A stretch of 64,000 bases of DNA from Myxococcota bacterium (GTDB lineage: Bacteria; Myxococcota_A; UBA796; SXON01): the NCBI GenBank assembly GCA_040386535.1, contig JAZKFH010000018.1:1-64000 (forward strand), given 5' to 3'. Both the position numbers and the translations under genes were made by a program. Shown in pieces: positions 1-8,844 of the stretch (positions are counted from its first letter, which is position 1; every line of letters starts with the position of its first letter). The notes beneath the pieces are model-generated. The model searched no databases, was not told the origin of the DNA, and saw only the letters and a program-made list of their open reading frames with translations.

Positions 1-109
1 GGGACGCGGTGGAGGGCGGTGGGGGAAAGTTTGCTTTGTGTTCGGGGCGTCATGGCGTCTCAATGCCTATGCACCTCGCTCAGCGCTCGAGTACGAGCGC
101 ATCGAGGGC

Positions 110-288
110 GGGGTCATGCCCCCCTCAACGCCGCTAAATCGGAGTCATGCCACCGTGAACGCCGCTAAATCTGATTCATTCCGTCAAGTCAGGGCTCCCC
201 ACCGCTGCCACCACGGAACTAAGGGCATTTTTCCGCAGCTCGCGGGCCCTCGCAGCCTGGATCCGAGCATTCAACCCGGCATGACTCC
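110..288. repeat. 31-bp-period direct repeats plus one inverted copy
   Basis: AACGCCGCTAAATC at 127-140 and 158-171. GTCATGCC at 113-120 and 144-151, with a degenerate copy at 175-182. GGCATGACTCC at 278-288 is the reverse complement of 141-151. Confidence 0.75.
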
Positions 289-440
289 GTGCCGCGTGCA
301 TTCATGGGGACATGACCTATGACCCTGCGGTTGGGCCCCTCGCGGCGGCGCGCGATCGGGGCGTCGGCGGTGGGCTCGGGAAACCTCGGGAGCGACGTCC
401 CGCTGATCTGCACGGGCGCCTAAGCGAAGTGCATGGGCAT

Positions 441-641
441 TGGCGTCTCATCCGGTCAGTTCGGCGCGGCCGGCGCGCCGAACTCGGGGGATGGCGTCTC
501 ATCCGGTCGTTCGGCGCGGCCCGCGCGCCGAACTCGGGGGATGGCGTCTCGTCCGGTCCGTTCGGCGCGGCCCGCGCGCCGAACTCGGGGGATAGCGTCT
601 CATCCGGTCCGTTCGGCACGGCCCGAGCGCCGAACTGGGAA
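441..641. repeat. Tandem array of 4 x ~51-bp palindromic (REP-like) units
   Basis: Unit TGGCGTCTCATCCGGTC(c/a)GTTCGGCGCGGCCCGCGCGCCGAACTCGGGGGA starts at 441, 492, 542 and 593. Each unit has an internal inverted repeat GTTCGGCGCG/CGCGCCGAAC. Confidence 0.92.
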
Positions 642-785
642 TTCGCCGCACTCGGCGGGACCCTGGACGGCGTCCGCCCCAGCTGCCGACGGCCGCGAAG
701 CGGCCACCGAGGCGCCCGTCCTCCTGGAGCGCACGAGGCGAGCCCTCCGTCGAGCCCTTCGCAACCGGCGCGCCGACCGCGCCCG

Positions 786-2585
786 CTACCCGCTCCTCCC
801 ATTCTGCTTCAGGAACGCCGGGAACACCGTCACGAGCCGCCCCGTGGCCGCGCTCCACACGAGGACCTGTCCGTCGGCGCCGGTCGTGACGAGGCGGCGG
901 CCGTCGGGGGAGAACGCCAGGGCGCGGGCGGGGGCGCGGTGGCCCACGAGCTCGTCCGCCACGTAGGCGCCGTCGTGCCACGCGCTCACGCCCCGCGCGT
1001 GGATGCGGGTGGCGGCGAGCCGCATCCCGTCGGGCGACCAGGCGCAGGCGCCCGCCCCATGCGACGGGATCGACACGGGGATGGCGCGCCCGGTGTCGAG
1101 ATCGAGGACGTGGAGCGCGCGCCCGCGGTCGAGGACGAGGCGCCGGCCGTCGGGGGAGAACGTGAGGGCGCGCATGTGCGCGTCGGAGGGGAAGGAGCGG
1201 GCCGCGGACGCCGCCCCGCCCGGGACCGTGAACACCCGCGTGCCGCCGCCACCCCGCGCGAAGCCGGGGACCTGCTCCTGGAGGTTCTCGGCCCACTGCG
1301 ACAACGCCACGAGGCCGCTCGGGTGGAGCGCGGGCGTGCCCCCGACGCGCCCCACCCGGGCGCCCAGCACCAGGGCCCCGGACCGCGCGTCCCAGACACG
1401 CAGCAGAGGGGCGCCCTCCTCGAGCTCCGCTGCTGCGACCTTCACGCTGACCCACGGCCACGCGAGCGCCACCTCGGCGACGCGTTCGAAGGTCGGCAGG
1501 CGCATCCGCCGCGTGTCGGTGGCCACGTCCCAGATGCTGACGTCGTCGGTGCGGTCGGCGGTGACGGCCACGAGGCCCTCAGGGGTGTCGGCGACGCGGA
1601 GGATTCGTCCGGCTTCGACCGCGTTCGGCATCCGGTGCAGCGCCACACGTTTGCCCTCGCGCAGGCTCCAGGACGCGACGCCGAGGCCCGCGTACGCCAC
1701 GTGCACGAGCGGGCCCCGCGGGGCGAACACGGCGTCCATCCCCTCCGCGACACGGTCGAGCGCACGCACGGGCGTGGCGGTCGCGACATCGACGAGGTCC
1801 ACCCCCTCGGGGCCTGCCACCGCGAGGAGGCGGCAGTCGGGGGAGAACGCGAGCCGGAACACGGCGTCGCGTGCAGGCAGGGCGACCATCCGCCAGTCCC
1901 CACCCCGGGGCCGTAACCACACGTACGATCGCATCGCGAAGGCGAGGGTGCCATCCCGGGCCACCGCAAGCGCCCTCGTGCCGGGGTGGCGAGGCCGCCG
2001 ATAATAGTGCTCGTTCTCCCAGTCGTCCTCCACGTCGGGGATGGGAATCATGACGACTGCGATCTCGTCCGCGTACACGAAATCGACCACCACCACCACG
2101 TCCCCGCGAAGCTCCACGGCGCCGGGCGCGTCGGACGCGACGCGCCACGCGGTGCCCTGGCGGTGGTCGGGACCCCCGAGGGTGCACTTGGTGAACTGCC
2201 GCTTCGGCACGCGCCACCAGCGCAAGCCGCGGGGCGTGTCAGGATCCTCCGTCACGAACCAGAGGCCCGCGGCGTCGAGCACCTCGCCGAGGCCCGGCAC
2301 CAATTCGGGCTGGCCGTGGCCGTCGTGAGCGAGGCTCCAGGTCTGGCCGGCGGCCGTCGCGAACAAGGTGTCCTCGGCCCACGCGAGGTGTGTCACCCCG
2401 CCCGGCCCGCTGTCCAGGGCGAAGGCGCGGTCGAGCATGCCGGTGCGCGCGTGCCACACGCGGACGACGCCGTCGTCTCCGCCCGTCGCGAGCCAGGTGT
2501 TGTCCTGCGAGAAGGCGACCGCACGGACGGGCCCGCCCAGCGCGGCGGGAAACGGGGCCGTCTGCCAGCGGCGATTTGTCGACAT
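786..2585 (-). CDS. WD40-repeat beta-propeller protein
   Basis: Multiple WD40-like repeats (VRAVAFSQDNTWLATGGDDGVVRVW, LAFSPDGRRLVTTGADGQVLVW). ATG at 2585 preferred; the frame is open up to 2642. Confidence 0.85.
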   Translation of the reverse strand: MSTNRRWQTAPFPAALGGPVRAVAFSQDNTWLATGGDDGVVRVWHARTGMLDRAFALDSGPGGVTHLAWAEDTLFATAAGQTWSLAHDGHGQPELVPGLGEVLDAAGLWFVTEDPDTPRGLRWWRVPKRQFTKCTLGGPDHRQGTAWRVASDAPGAVELRGDVVVVVDFVYADEIAVVMIPIPDVEDDWENEHYYRRPRHPGTRALAVARDGTLAFAMRSYVWLRPRGGDWRMVALPARDAVFRLAFSPDCRLLAVAGPEGVDLVDVATATPVRALDRVAEGMDAVFAPRGPLVHVAYAGLGVASWSLREGKRVALHRMPNAVEAGRILRVADTPEGLVAVTADRTDDVSIWDVATDTRRMRLPTFERVAEVALAWPWVSVKVAAAELEEGAPLLRVWDARSGALVLGARVGRVGGTPALHPSGLVALSQWAENLQEQVPGFARGGGGTRVFTVPGGAASAARSFPSDAHMRALTFSPDGRRLVLDRGRALHVLDLDTGRAIPVSIPSHGAGACAWSPDGMRLAATRIHARGVSAWHDGAYVADELVGHRAPARALAFSPDGRRLVTTGADGQVLVWSAATGRLVTVFPAFLKQNGRSG

Positions 2586-2661
2586 CGAGAGCGCGGGAAG
2601 GGTGCGCCCCGCGAATGTGGCCGGGAACCGGAGGAACGTCAAGGCGAGGTCCGAGGGGTCA

Positions 2662-2727
2662 GCACCCCCGCACGAGGCGCCCCCGCACGAGGCACCCCCG
2701 CGCGAGGCACCCCCGCGCGAGGCACCC
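2662..2727. repeat. 4.4 x 15-bp tandem repeat GCACCCCCGC(A/G)CGAG
   Basis: Units start at 2662, 2677, 2692 and 2707, with a partial unit at 2722. Lies upstream of the WD40 gene. Confidence 0.9.
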
Positions 2728-2868
2728 GCAGCGCGGCCGCGCTGGCGCGGCCGGTCCGGCGCCCGCGGCCGTCAGGCCGCCGCGCCGACCGAGCCCGTGA
2801 GGGCGAGCGCGGAGGGCGCCGACCCCCGCGCTCGGGCGGGGGTCGCGCCCCGAGCTTCCGGAATCACC

Positions 2869-2905
2869 CAAAACGAAAGAGCGGCCCCCTCCCAGGAGCC
2901 GCCCC
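2869..2905 (-). terminator. Rho-independent terminator of the VWA gene
   Basis: Minus-strand hairpin GGGCGGCTCCT-GGG-AGGGGGCCGCTC followed by TTTCGTTTT. Confidence 0.7.
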
Positions 2906-2987
2906 TCACCTACGTCGTAGCGCCACTCGCCGCGGCTACGCGGCTACGCCGCTCTCCGCCGCTACGCCGCTCCCCGCGGACGCCCGC

Positions 2988-5183
2988 TCACCCGCAATTC
3001 ACCCGCCCCCCCCGCACCGTGCAGCGCACCTCGCCGCCGGTGGTGGGGACCTCGACCTGCGCCTGCATCGGCACCGTGCCCTGGAGGACCAGCGTGCAGC
3101 CGCCCGGCGTGGCGCTCGCAAATCGGGCGATGGTGTCGCTGCCGGAGAGCGACTCGGTCTGCCGGTTGCCCGCGCAGAGGAGGCCGACCTCGGCGATGGG
3201 GAGGTCGCTGTCGACCTTGACCTTGAAGGCGACGCCGCGGGCCGGGGGCTTGGGCGCGATGGGCGTGGCGCCGCACAGCGGGCTGGTGAGGCCGTCGAGC
3301 CACTGGATCTCGGCGTCCTCGCCGAGCACGCTCACGCGCTCCTGCCACGTCGCGAACGGCGCGCCACACGGGGAGCCGCCCATCGAGCGCGCGAGGATCA
3401 GATCGGTCCAGCCCATGAGCGCGCGGGCCTTGCGCATGTTGCGGGGATCACTGTCGAGGAGCGCGCCCACGGTGGTGGTGAACACCTGGTTGCGGGCGGC
3501 GCCGGTCTTCACGTCGCTCCACTCGACCGTCAGCTTGACGGGGTCGTTGGGGACCGGGCGGCCGTTCAGCTGCAGGTCCTGGAGGAACAGCTGGGTGGTG
3601 CCGGCGTAGTAGTGGATGGGCTGGACATCTTCCTTGTTGGTGCTCGACTCCTCGCCGTAGAAGCGCTTCATGGCGAGGCTCGGGGGAAGGTCGAGCGCGA
3701 AACGAACGTCGTGAGCAATCGTCTGCACGAGCGAGGGGAAGCCGACGCCGAAGACGCGGTCCACCACGGCCTCCGAGCCGAGGTAGACGTAGGCGCCCTT
3801 GCCCTTCTCGGTGAGCATGTCGAGCACCTTGTCGTTGAAGTCGCGGCCCACGCCCACGGCGGTCAGGCGGATGTCGGACTCCTCGTAGGCCTTGGCCACC
3901 TCGGTGACGGTGTTCGGATCGATGTCGCCGGTGTTGAGCAGGGCGTCGGAGATGAGCATCATCCGGGCGTTGCGGCCGGCCGCGTCGGCGCCGGTGCGGC
4001 CCTTGGCGATGCGGTAGCCCTCCTTCAGGCCGAGGTCGACGTCGGTGCTGCCGCGCGGCGCGAGCTGGCCGATCGCGTTGAGCAGCAGCGACGGATCGTC
4101 GCGACCGACGACGTAGTTCTCGAGCGGCGTGCACACCTGGTCGTCGAACAGGACGAGATCGACGCGGTCGCCGCGGACGAGCTGGTCGCTCATCTTGACG
4201 AGGCCACGCTTCAGGTAGTCCATCCGGCCCTCGGCCGACATGGAGCCCGAGCGGTCGAGCACCATCGTGAGGTCCAGCGGGGTGCGCGCGGGGACGACGC
4301 CCTTCACGGCGAAGGCGAAGGTGAGCACGTCGGGCGCGGTCTGCTCGGCGGAGCCCTTGACGGAGAACGTGTCGCCCGAGCGCACGGGGTCGGTCTCGAA
4401 GCTGAAGTAGTTGAGGAGCTCGTGGGGGCGCACCTGGGCGGTGGTCACGGCGCCCTTGTTCTGGATGGCCCAGAGCAGGCGCTGGGCGCTGGCGAGCGAC
4501 ATGGAGTCGTCGTTGGAGAGGTACACGGTGGCGCCCCAGTCGAGGTTGGGGTCGGGGTAGGCGCTGCTGCGCGCCTGCTCGTCTTGCATGGGAGCGCCGG
4601 ACTCGCTGCGCTTGTCGGCGCGCGACACGTCCTTCTTCGCGCCCGCCTTGGGGCTGGAGGCGCCGTCCATGGGCGCCTCGGCCGCCGCGACGCTGGATGC
4701 GTCCCCTTCGTCGCCCAGGCTGTCGGTGGAGAGCGAGCGCCCCTTGGACTTGGCCGGGGCCTGGGCCGTGGGCTTCGACTCGGGCGCGGGAGCGGGCATG
4801 GTGGACGCGGACGAACGGGAAGTCGTCGACGGCGCGGTCGGCGCGCCAAGGCCGCTCGCGGCGCCCGACCCGTAGCCGCTACCCCCGCCGCCGGGGCCGG
4901 TCCCCGAGGTGCCGATGGTGCCGTAGTTGCCGCCCGACGCGGGGGCGCTCGCGGTGGGCGGCGGCGGCGGCGCCCCCTGGTTCCGCCGCGCGCTGGTCTC
5001 GCGCTCGGAGCCGCCGTAGCACTCGCGCACGATCACCTCCCCCGTCGGCATGCGCACGGGCGCGGGCACCGCCTCCTCCTGGGCCACCGTCGGCGGCTTG
5101 GCCTCGGGGATGCCGGGGGTCTTGGCCTCGGTGAGGGCCTGGCACGAGAGGAGGGCGAGGAAGTTCAGCATGGGGGTCAACAT
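2988..5183 (-). CDS. VWA-domain lipoprotein (YfbK-like)
   Basis: Lipobox-like LALLSC, low-complexity P/A/S linker, RPHELLNYF, MIDAS motif DRSGSM, and ISDALLN. Start is 5183 or 5171. Confidence 0.85.
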   Translation of the reverse strand: MLTPMLNFLALLSCQALTEAKTPGIPEAKPPTVAQEEAVPAPVRMPTGEVIVRECYGGSERETSARRNQGAPPPPPTASAPASGGNYGTIGTSGTGPGGGGSGYGSGAASGLGAPTAPSTTSRSSASTMPAPAPESKPTAQAPAKSKGRSLSTDSLGDEGDASSVAAAEAPMDGASSPKAGAKKDVSRADKRSESGAPMQDEQARSSAYPDPNLDWGATVYLSNDDSMSLASAQRLLWAIQNKGAVTTAQVRPHELLNYFSFETDPVRSGDTFSVKGSAEQTAPDVLTFAFAVKGVVPARTPLDLTMVLDRSGSMSAEGRMDYLKRGLVKMSDQLVRGDRVDLVLFDDQVCTPLENYVVGRDDPSLLLNAIGQLAPRGSTDVDLGLKEGYRIAKGRTGADAAGRNARMMLISDALLNTGDIDPNTVTEVAKAYEESDIRLTAVGVGRDFNDKVLDMLTEKGKGAYVYLGSEAVVDRVFGVGFPSLVQTIAHDVRFALDLPPSLAMKRFYGEESSTNKEDVQPIHYYAGTTQLFLQDLQLNGRPVPNDPVKLTVEWSDVKTGAARNQVFTTTVGALLDSDPRNMRKARALMGWTDLILARSMGGSPCGAPFATWQERVSVLGEDAEIQWLDGLTSPLCGATPIAPKPPARGVAFKVKVDSDLPIAEVGLLCAGNRQTESLSGSDTIARFASATPGGCTLVLQGTVPMQAQVEVPTTGGEVRCTVRGGRVNCG

Positions 5184-5341
5184 GGGGGCTCCAAGAGGCC
5201 GGGGCGGGAGGTCGAAGGCGAGGCGGCGCGTCCGGAACGAAGGGGGGTGGCGCGAGCTTACAGCGAATGCGCCGGGCACGGAGCAGGCGCCCCTCCGGAC
5301 GGGCGCCGCCGCGCCGGCTCGTCACGGGATAGGCGGCGGGC

Positions 5342-6061
5342 ATGCCCCGCGACCTGCTCATCTCCCTCCGCGATCCGACCGATCCCATGGCCCAGCAGGA
5401 GCTCCGCTGCTTCCGTGACACCACGGGCCTGGAGTCCCTGGAGATCGTCCACGCCTCGGCCGCCCCGCTGGACGACCGCCTGCTCGACGAGGCGCGCATG
5501 TTCTTCTTCGGGGGCTCGGGCGCCTACTCGGTGCTCGACCCGCACCCGTGGGTGCGGCAGATGCTCGACTTCCTCGTGCGCGTGGTCGACCACAAGACCC
5601 CCGCGTGGGCGTCGTGTTTCGGCTTCCAGGGCCTCTCGCTCGCGCTCGGCGGCGAGGTGAACCGGGACGACGCGCGCCAGGAGCTCGGCTCCTTCCCCAT
5701 CGACCTGACCGACGCCGCCGCGGACGATCCGCTGTTCGGCCCGCTCCCGCCCACGTTCCACGCCCAGCTCGGCCACCACGACCACGTGGATCGCCTGCCC
5801 GCGGGCGTGACCCTGCTGTGCACCGGCCGCAAGATCCAGAACCAGGCCTTCAAGGTCGACAACGCCCCGTTCTGGGCCACCCAGTTCCACCCCGAGCTCA
5901 ACAAGGCCACGACCTTCGAGCGGTGGACCTACTACCGCACCCTCTACTCGGACGACGAGGCCGCCGCCGTCGCGACCGATCGCGCGATGGCCGCCGCGGC
6001 CGACACCCTCGAAGTACAGACGGTGTTGCGGCGTTTCGCGGTGTGGGCGGCGGCGCGGTAG
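5342..6061 (+). CDS. Class I glutamine amidotransferase family protein
   Basis: GGSG, nucleophile elbow SCFGFQ, and QFHPE triad motif. Confidence 0.9.
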   Translation: MPRDLLISLRDPTDPMAQQELRCFRDTTGLESLEIVHASAAPLDDRLLDEARMFFFGGSGAYSVLDPHPWVRQMLDFLVRVVDHKTPAWASCFGFQGLSLALGGEVNRDDARQELGSFPIDLTDAAADDPLFGPLPPTFHAQLGHHDHVDRLPAGVTLLCTGRKIQNQAFKVDNAPFWATQFHPELNKATTFERWTYYRTLYSDDEAAAVATDRAMAAAADTLEVQTVLRRFAVWAAAR

Positions 6062-6093
6062 CGCCATAGACGAGCGGCCCCAGGGGTCTCTCC

Positions 6094-6396
6094 ATGCGCC
6101 TTCAGCCCGTCCTGCTCGTCCTCGTCGGCCTCCTCGCCGGCTACATCTTCGCCACGCCCCGCACCGCGACCGCCGCGGGTGGCGGCGCGTGGCAGTGCTA
6201 CGTCGCCGACCGCCTCCCCGACACCAAGGAGGCGATGAACTGGAAGGGCGCGACCAACGTGACCGACGGCCTGAACGCCGCCGCGCCCACGTCGCCCCCG
6301 GGCACGATCATCACGCTGCAGTACCCCACCGCGGGCGGCAGCGGCTGGTCCGGGTCCACCCGCTCGGACGTCGGCCTCATCTGCGTCCGGAGCTGA
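6094..6396 (+). CDS. Small secreted hypothetical protein
   Basis: Hydrophobic signal peptide, two Cys residues, GC3-biased codons, and operon-like spacing. Confidence 0.75.
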   Translation: MRLQPVLLVLVGLLAGYIFATPRTATAAGGGAWQCYVADRLPDTKEAMNWKGATNVTDGLNAAAPTSPPGTIITLQYPTAGGSGWSGSTRSDVGLICVRS

Positions 6397-6403
6397 TCCT
6401 GTC

Positions 6404-7432
6404 GTGAAGCCCGTCGTGAAGCCCATCGTGCTCCGCGCGCTTTTGCGTGCCGTCCTCGCGCTCCCACCCGCGCTCGTGCGCCTCCGCGTCGGCGATCCGC
6501 CGCGCAACGATCGCGGCACCCCGCTCGATCGTGACACGTTTGTCCTGGTGTGGCTCGAGAACAGGGCGTTCGGCGGCATCACCAAGGCCACACCCGAGAA
6601 GGCACGGGCGGGCATGCGCCGCTCGGTGGCGATCGTCGCGTCGCGGGAACAGGGCGCCGCGCTCCACGTGCACGACACGCGCGTCCCCGACGGCCCCGGC
6701 GTGCGCGTGTACCGGCCGGCCGGCGCGCCGCGGCCCGTGCTCGTCTACCTGCACGGCGGCGGCTGGGTCCAGGGGGATCTCGACACCCACGACGCGCTCT
6801 GTCGCCGCCTCGCCGTCGAGGCCGATCGGGTCGTCGTCTCCGTCGACTACGCGCTCGCTCCCGAGCACCCGTTCCCCGCCGGCCTCTTCGACACGTTGAG
6901 CGCCCTGCGCTGGGTCCGCACCGCCGACCTCGGCGCCCCGACCTTGGCGGGCGAGGGCCACATCGCCGTAGGGGGTGACAGCGCGGGGGGCAACCTCGCC
7001 GCCGCCGCGTGCCTGTTCCTTCGCGACGCTGGCGAGCCTCTACCCGAGCTCCAGGTGCTCGTCTACCCCGGCCTCGACCAGACGCGCGTGCTCCCCAGCC
7101 ACACGACGTTCGCGCGCGGGTTTCTGCTCACCGCCGCCGACATCGACTGGTTCCAGGCGCACTACGCGGTCCCCGACCTGCGCGACCCGCTCGCCTCCCC
7201 GCTCCTGGCGCCGGACCTGCGCGGCCTGCCGCCCGCCGTCGTGACCACCGCGGGCTTCGACCCCCTCCGCGACGAAGGCGAGGCCTACGTCCTACGCCTC
7301 CGCGAAGCGGGCGTTCCGGTGGTCCACCTCGACGAGTCCGGCCTCGTCCACGGCTACGCGTCGATGGACGGCGTGCTCGCGACCGCTCACGACGCAGTGG
7401 CGCGGTTGGCGGCGGTGATCCGGGCGGGGTGA
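6404..7432 (+). CDS. Alpha/beta hydrolase (HSL-family esterase/lipase)
   Basis: HGGG oxyanion motif, GDSAG nucleophile, DPLRDE, and HG. A 12-bp duplication at the start gives an alternative GTG at 6416. Confidence 0.92.
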   Translation: MKPVVKPIVLRALLRAVLALPPALVRLRVGDPPRNDRGTPLDRDTFVLVWLENRAFGGITKATPEKARAGMRRSVAIVASREQGAALHVHDTRVPDGPGVRVYRPAGAPRPVLVYLHGGGWVQGDLDTHDALCRRLAVEADRVVVSVDYALAPEHPFPAGLFDTLSALRWVRTADLGAPTLAGEGHIAVGGDSAGGNLAAAACLFLRDAGEPLPELQVLVYPGLDQTRVLPSHTTFARGFLLTAADIDWFQAHYAVPDLRDPLASPLLAPDLRGLPPAVVTTAGFDPLRDEGEAYVLRLREAGVPVVHLDESGLVHGYASMDGVLATAHDAVARLAAVIRAG

Positions 7433-7600
7433 GGGCAGGATCGGGCGCGGTCGGGCGCCCCGGCGGGCGCGGACGCCCGCCGTCGGGTCGGCTCCAGGCT
7501 CGCGCCGGGCGCTCGGTCCGTCCGCGCGCGACGCGCGGCCGGGACCGGCCGGGCAGGGCCCGGCCGCCTTGCGCGCCCCTGGCGCGGGATCCTGGGAGAG

Positions 7601-7688
7601 GGGTCTGACCTTACGACTTATCACCTGCGACAGGCAAACGCCGACAATATAGGGACAGGGTCTGACCTTACGACTTATCACCTGCGAC
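7601..7688. repeat. Pair of perfect 31-bp direct repeats with a 26-bp spacer
   Basis: GGGTCTGACCTTACGACTTATCACCTGCGAC at 7601-7631 and 7658-7688. Confidence 0.93.
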
Positions 7689-7757
7689 CGGCGGCCACAT
7701 CGCGGGACACCTGCTCGACTGGGGGTGCCTCCGTGGCCGCCCGGCGGCCACGGAGGG

Positions 7758-7990
7758 GGGACCTGGCGCAGGTACCCCCTCCAATGGCCGATCGAAGCGA
7801 CCGGATCGGCCACATCGGGGGGGTCCTGGCCCAGGTCCCCCCACTTGTGGCCGATCGCGCCCCGGAAATCCGCCACAACCCAGGGGTCCTGGCCCAGGTC
7901 CCCCCACTTGTGGCCGATCGCGCCCCAGAAACCCGCCACAACCCAAGGGACCTGGCCCAGGTACCCCCACTTGTGGCCGATCGCCCCAGG
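7758..7990. repeat. Tandem array of ~3.7 x 63-bp units with palindromic head
   Basis: GGG(A/T)CCTGGC(C/G)CAGGT(A/C)CCCC..TGGCCGATCG starts at 7758, 7821, 7884 and 7947. Confidence 0.92.
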
Positions 7991-8123
7991 AGCCCCCGGC
8001 GATCGGGTCGTCCCCGTCCTCCTTTCTGCCCTCCTCTGTTCCTGCCTTCCTGATTCTCCGCGCTCCCCGCACCGCCCTCACGCCGGTCGACGCGGTGAGC
8101 GCCCCCACCCGCGCTCCGGCCGT

Positions 8124-8513
8124 TCAGAACCCGCACGCCTCCGTCGTCGGCACCTCAACCGTCGTCGTCTCCCCGCCATGCACGATCGTGTAGGTGCCCG
8201 CGGGCAGCGGCCCCACGTCGCACGTGGTCGCGAGCATGCCGCAATCGTCGGTGCACGCGGTGGGCCCGATCGCCGTCTCCCACGCGAACTCGCTCGTCAC
8301 GGTGATGGTCGTGCCGTCGAGCGTGGCCGTGCAGGAGCCCGCGGCCTCGCGGTCGCACGACGAGGACAGGCACACCTCGGCGTCGACCGTGATCGTGCCG
8401 GTGCCGTCAGCGGTGGCCGCCTCCAGGCAGGTGGCCCCCTCGTCGACCAGGGAGGTCGGCTTCCAGCCGAGGTCACATCCGAGCAGACCCAACAACAGAG
8501 AGATGGCGATCAT
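8124..8513 (-). CDS. Cys-rich lipoprotein, hypothetical
   Basis: Lipobox MIAISLLLGLLGC, several Cys pairs, GAGG RBS before ATG 8513. Confidence 0.8.
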   Translation of the reverse strand: MIAISLLLGLLGCDLGWKPTSLVDEGATCLEAATADGTGTITVDAEVCLSSSCDREAAGSCTATLDGTTITVTSEFAWETAIGPTACTDDCGMLATTCDVGPLPAGTYTIVHGGETTTVEVPTTEACGF

Positions 8514-8537
8514 GGAGTACCTCTGGCCAAGGGGTGA

Positions 8538-8553
8538 AGCAGGAAGCATGCCA
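8538..8553 (-). promoter_or_regulatory. Sigma-54-type promoter (-24/-12)
   Basis: TGGCATGCTTCCTGCT matches GG-N10-GC and sits ~25 bp upstream of the lipoprotein ATG. Confidence 0.65.
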
Positions 8554-8555
8554 CG

Positions 8556-8765
8556 TCAGCCCATCCCCGGAAGACCCGCGCTCGCTGGCTCGAGCCGAAC
8601 CACGACCCCCACACGAGGCTCTTCCGCGAACCGCCAGCCGGCAGCCTCGATCTGTCGCCGAGTCTGGATGACGTCGCCCCCGCCGAAGACCGGGCCGAGA
8701 CGCACCCGCACGGACACGCGGAATGTTCCGTCCGGCTGAAGCGTCGCGGTCGCGTCGGTCACCAC
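8556..8765 (-). CDS. Short hypothetical protein (doubtful)
   Basis: 69-aa ORF in the same orientation as its neighbours, with no recognisable motif. Confidence 0.35.
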   Translation of the reverse strand: MVTDATATLQPDGTFRVSVRVRLGPVFGGGDVIQTRRQIEAAGWRFAEEPRVGVVVRLEPASAGLPGMG

Positions 8766-8844
8766 CCTTCACCCCGCTCGCCCCGCCCCCCCCGCCGCCG
8801 CGACGGCCGCGTCCGCGCGGTCCGGTCGCCCTGGTTCCCTCCGC

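Noticed and set aside
1986..5660. Very long ORFs on the opposite strand (e.g. 1986-5660, 13256-16648, 26525-30091, 32218-34728, 53668-56400)
   Set aside because: They are Arg/Ala/Gly-rich shadow frames of real genes, as expected in high-GC DNA.
441..7990. Repeat arrays at 441-641 and 7758-7990 (also 26325-26471) as CRISPR arrays
   Set aside because: Units are similar along their whole length with no unique spacers, and there are no cas genes in the window.
7292..8136. Repeat-containing ORFs across the 63-bp array (and the 51-bp arrays)
   Set aside because: The periods are multiples of 3, so many frames stay open. None shows an RBS, coding bias or a domain.
8124..8765. Second UGA read-through joining ORF 8556-8765 in frame to 8124-8549
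   Set aside because: There is no redox motif around the TGA. The downstream gene has its own signal peptide, RBS and sigma-54-like promoter.
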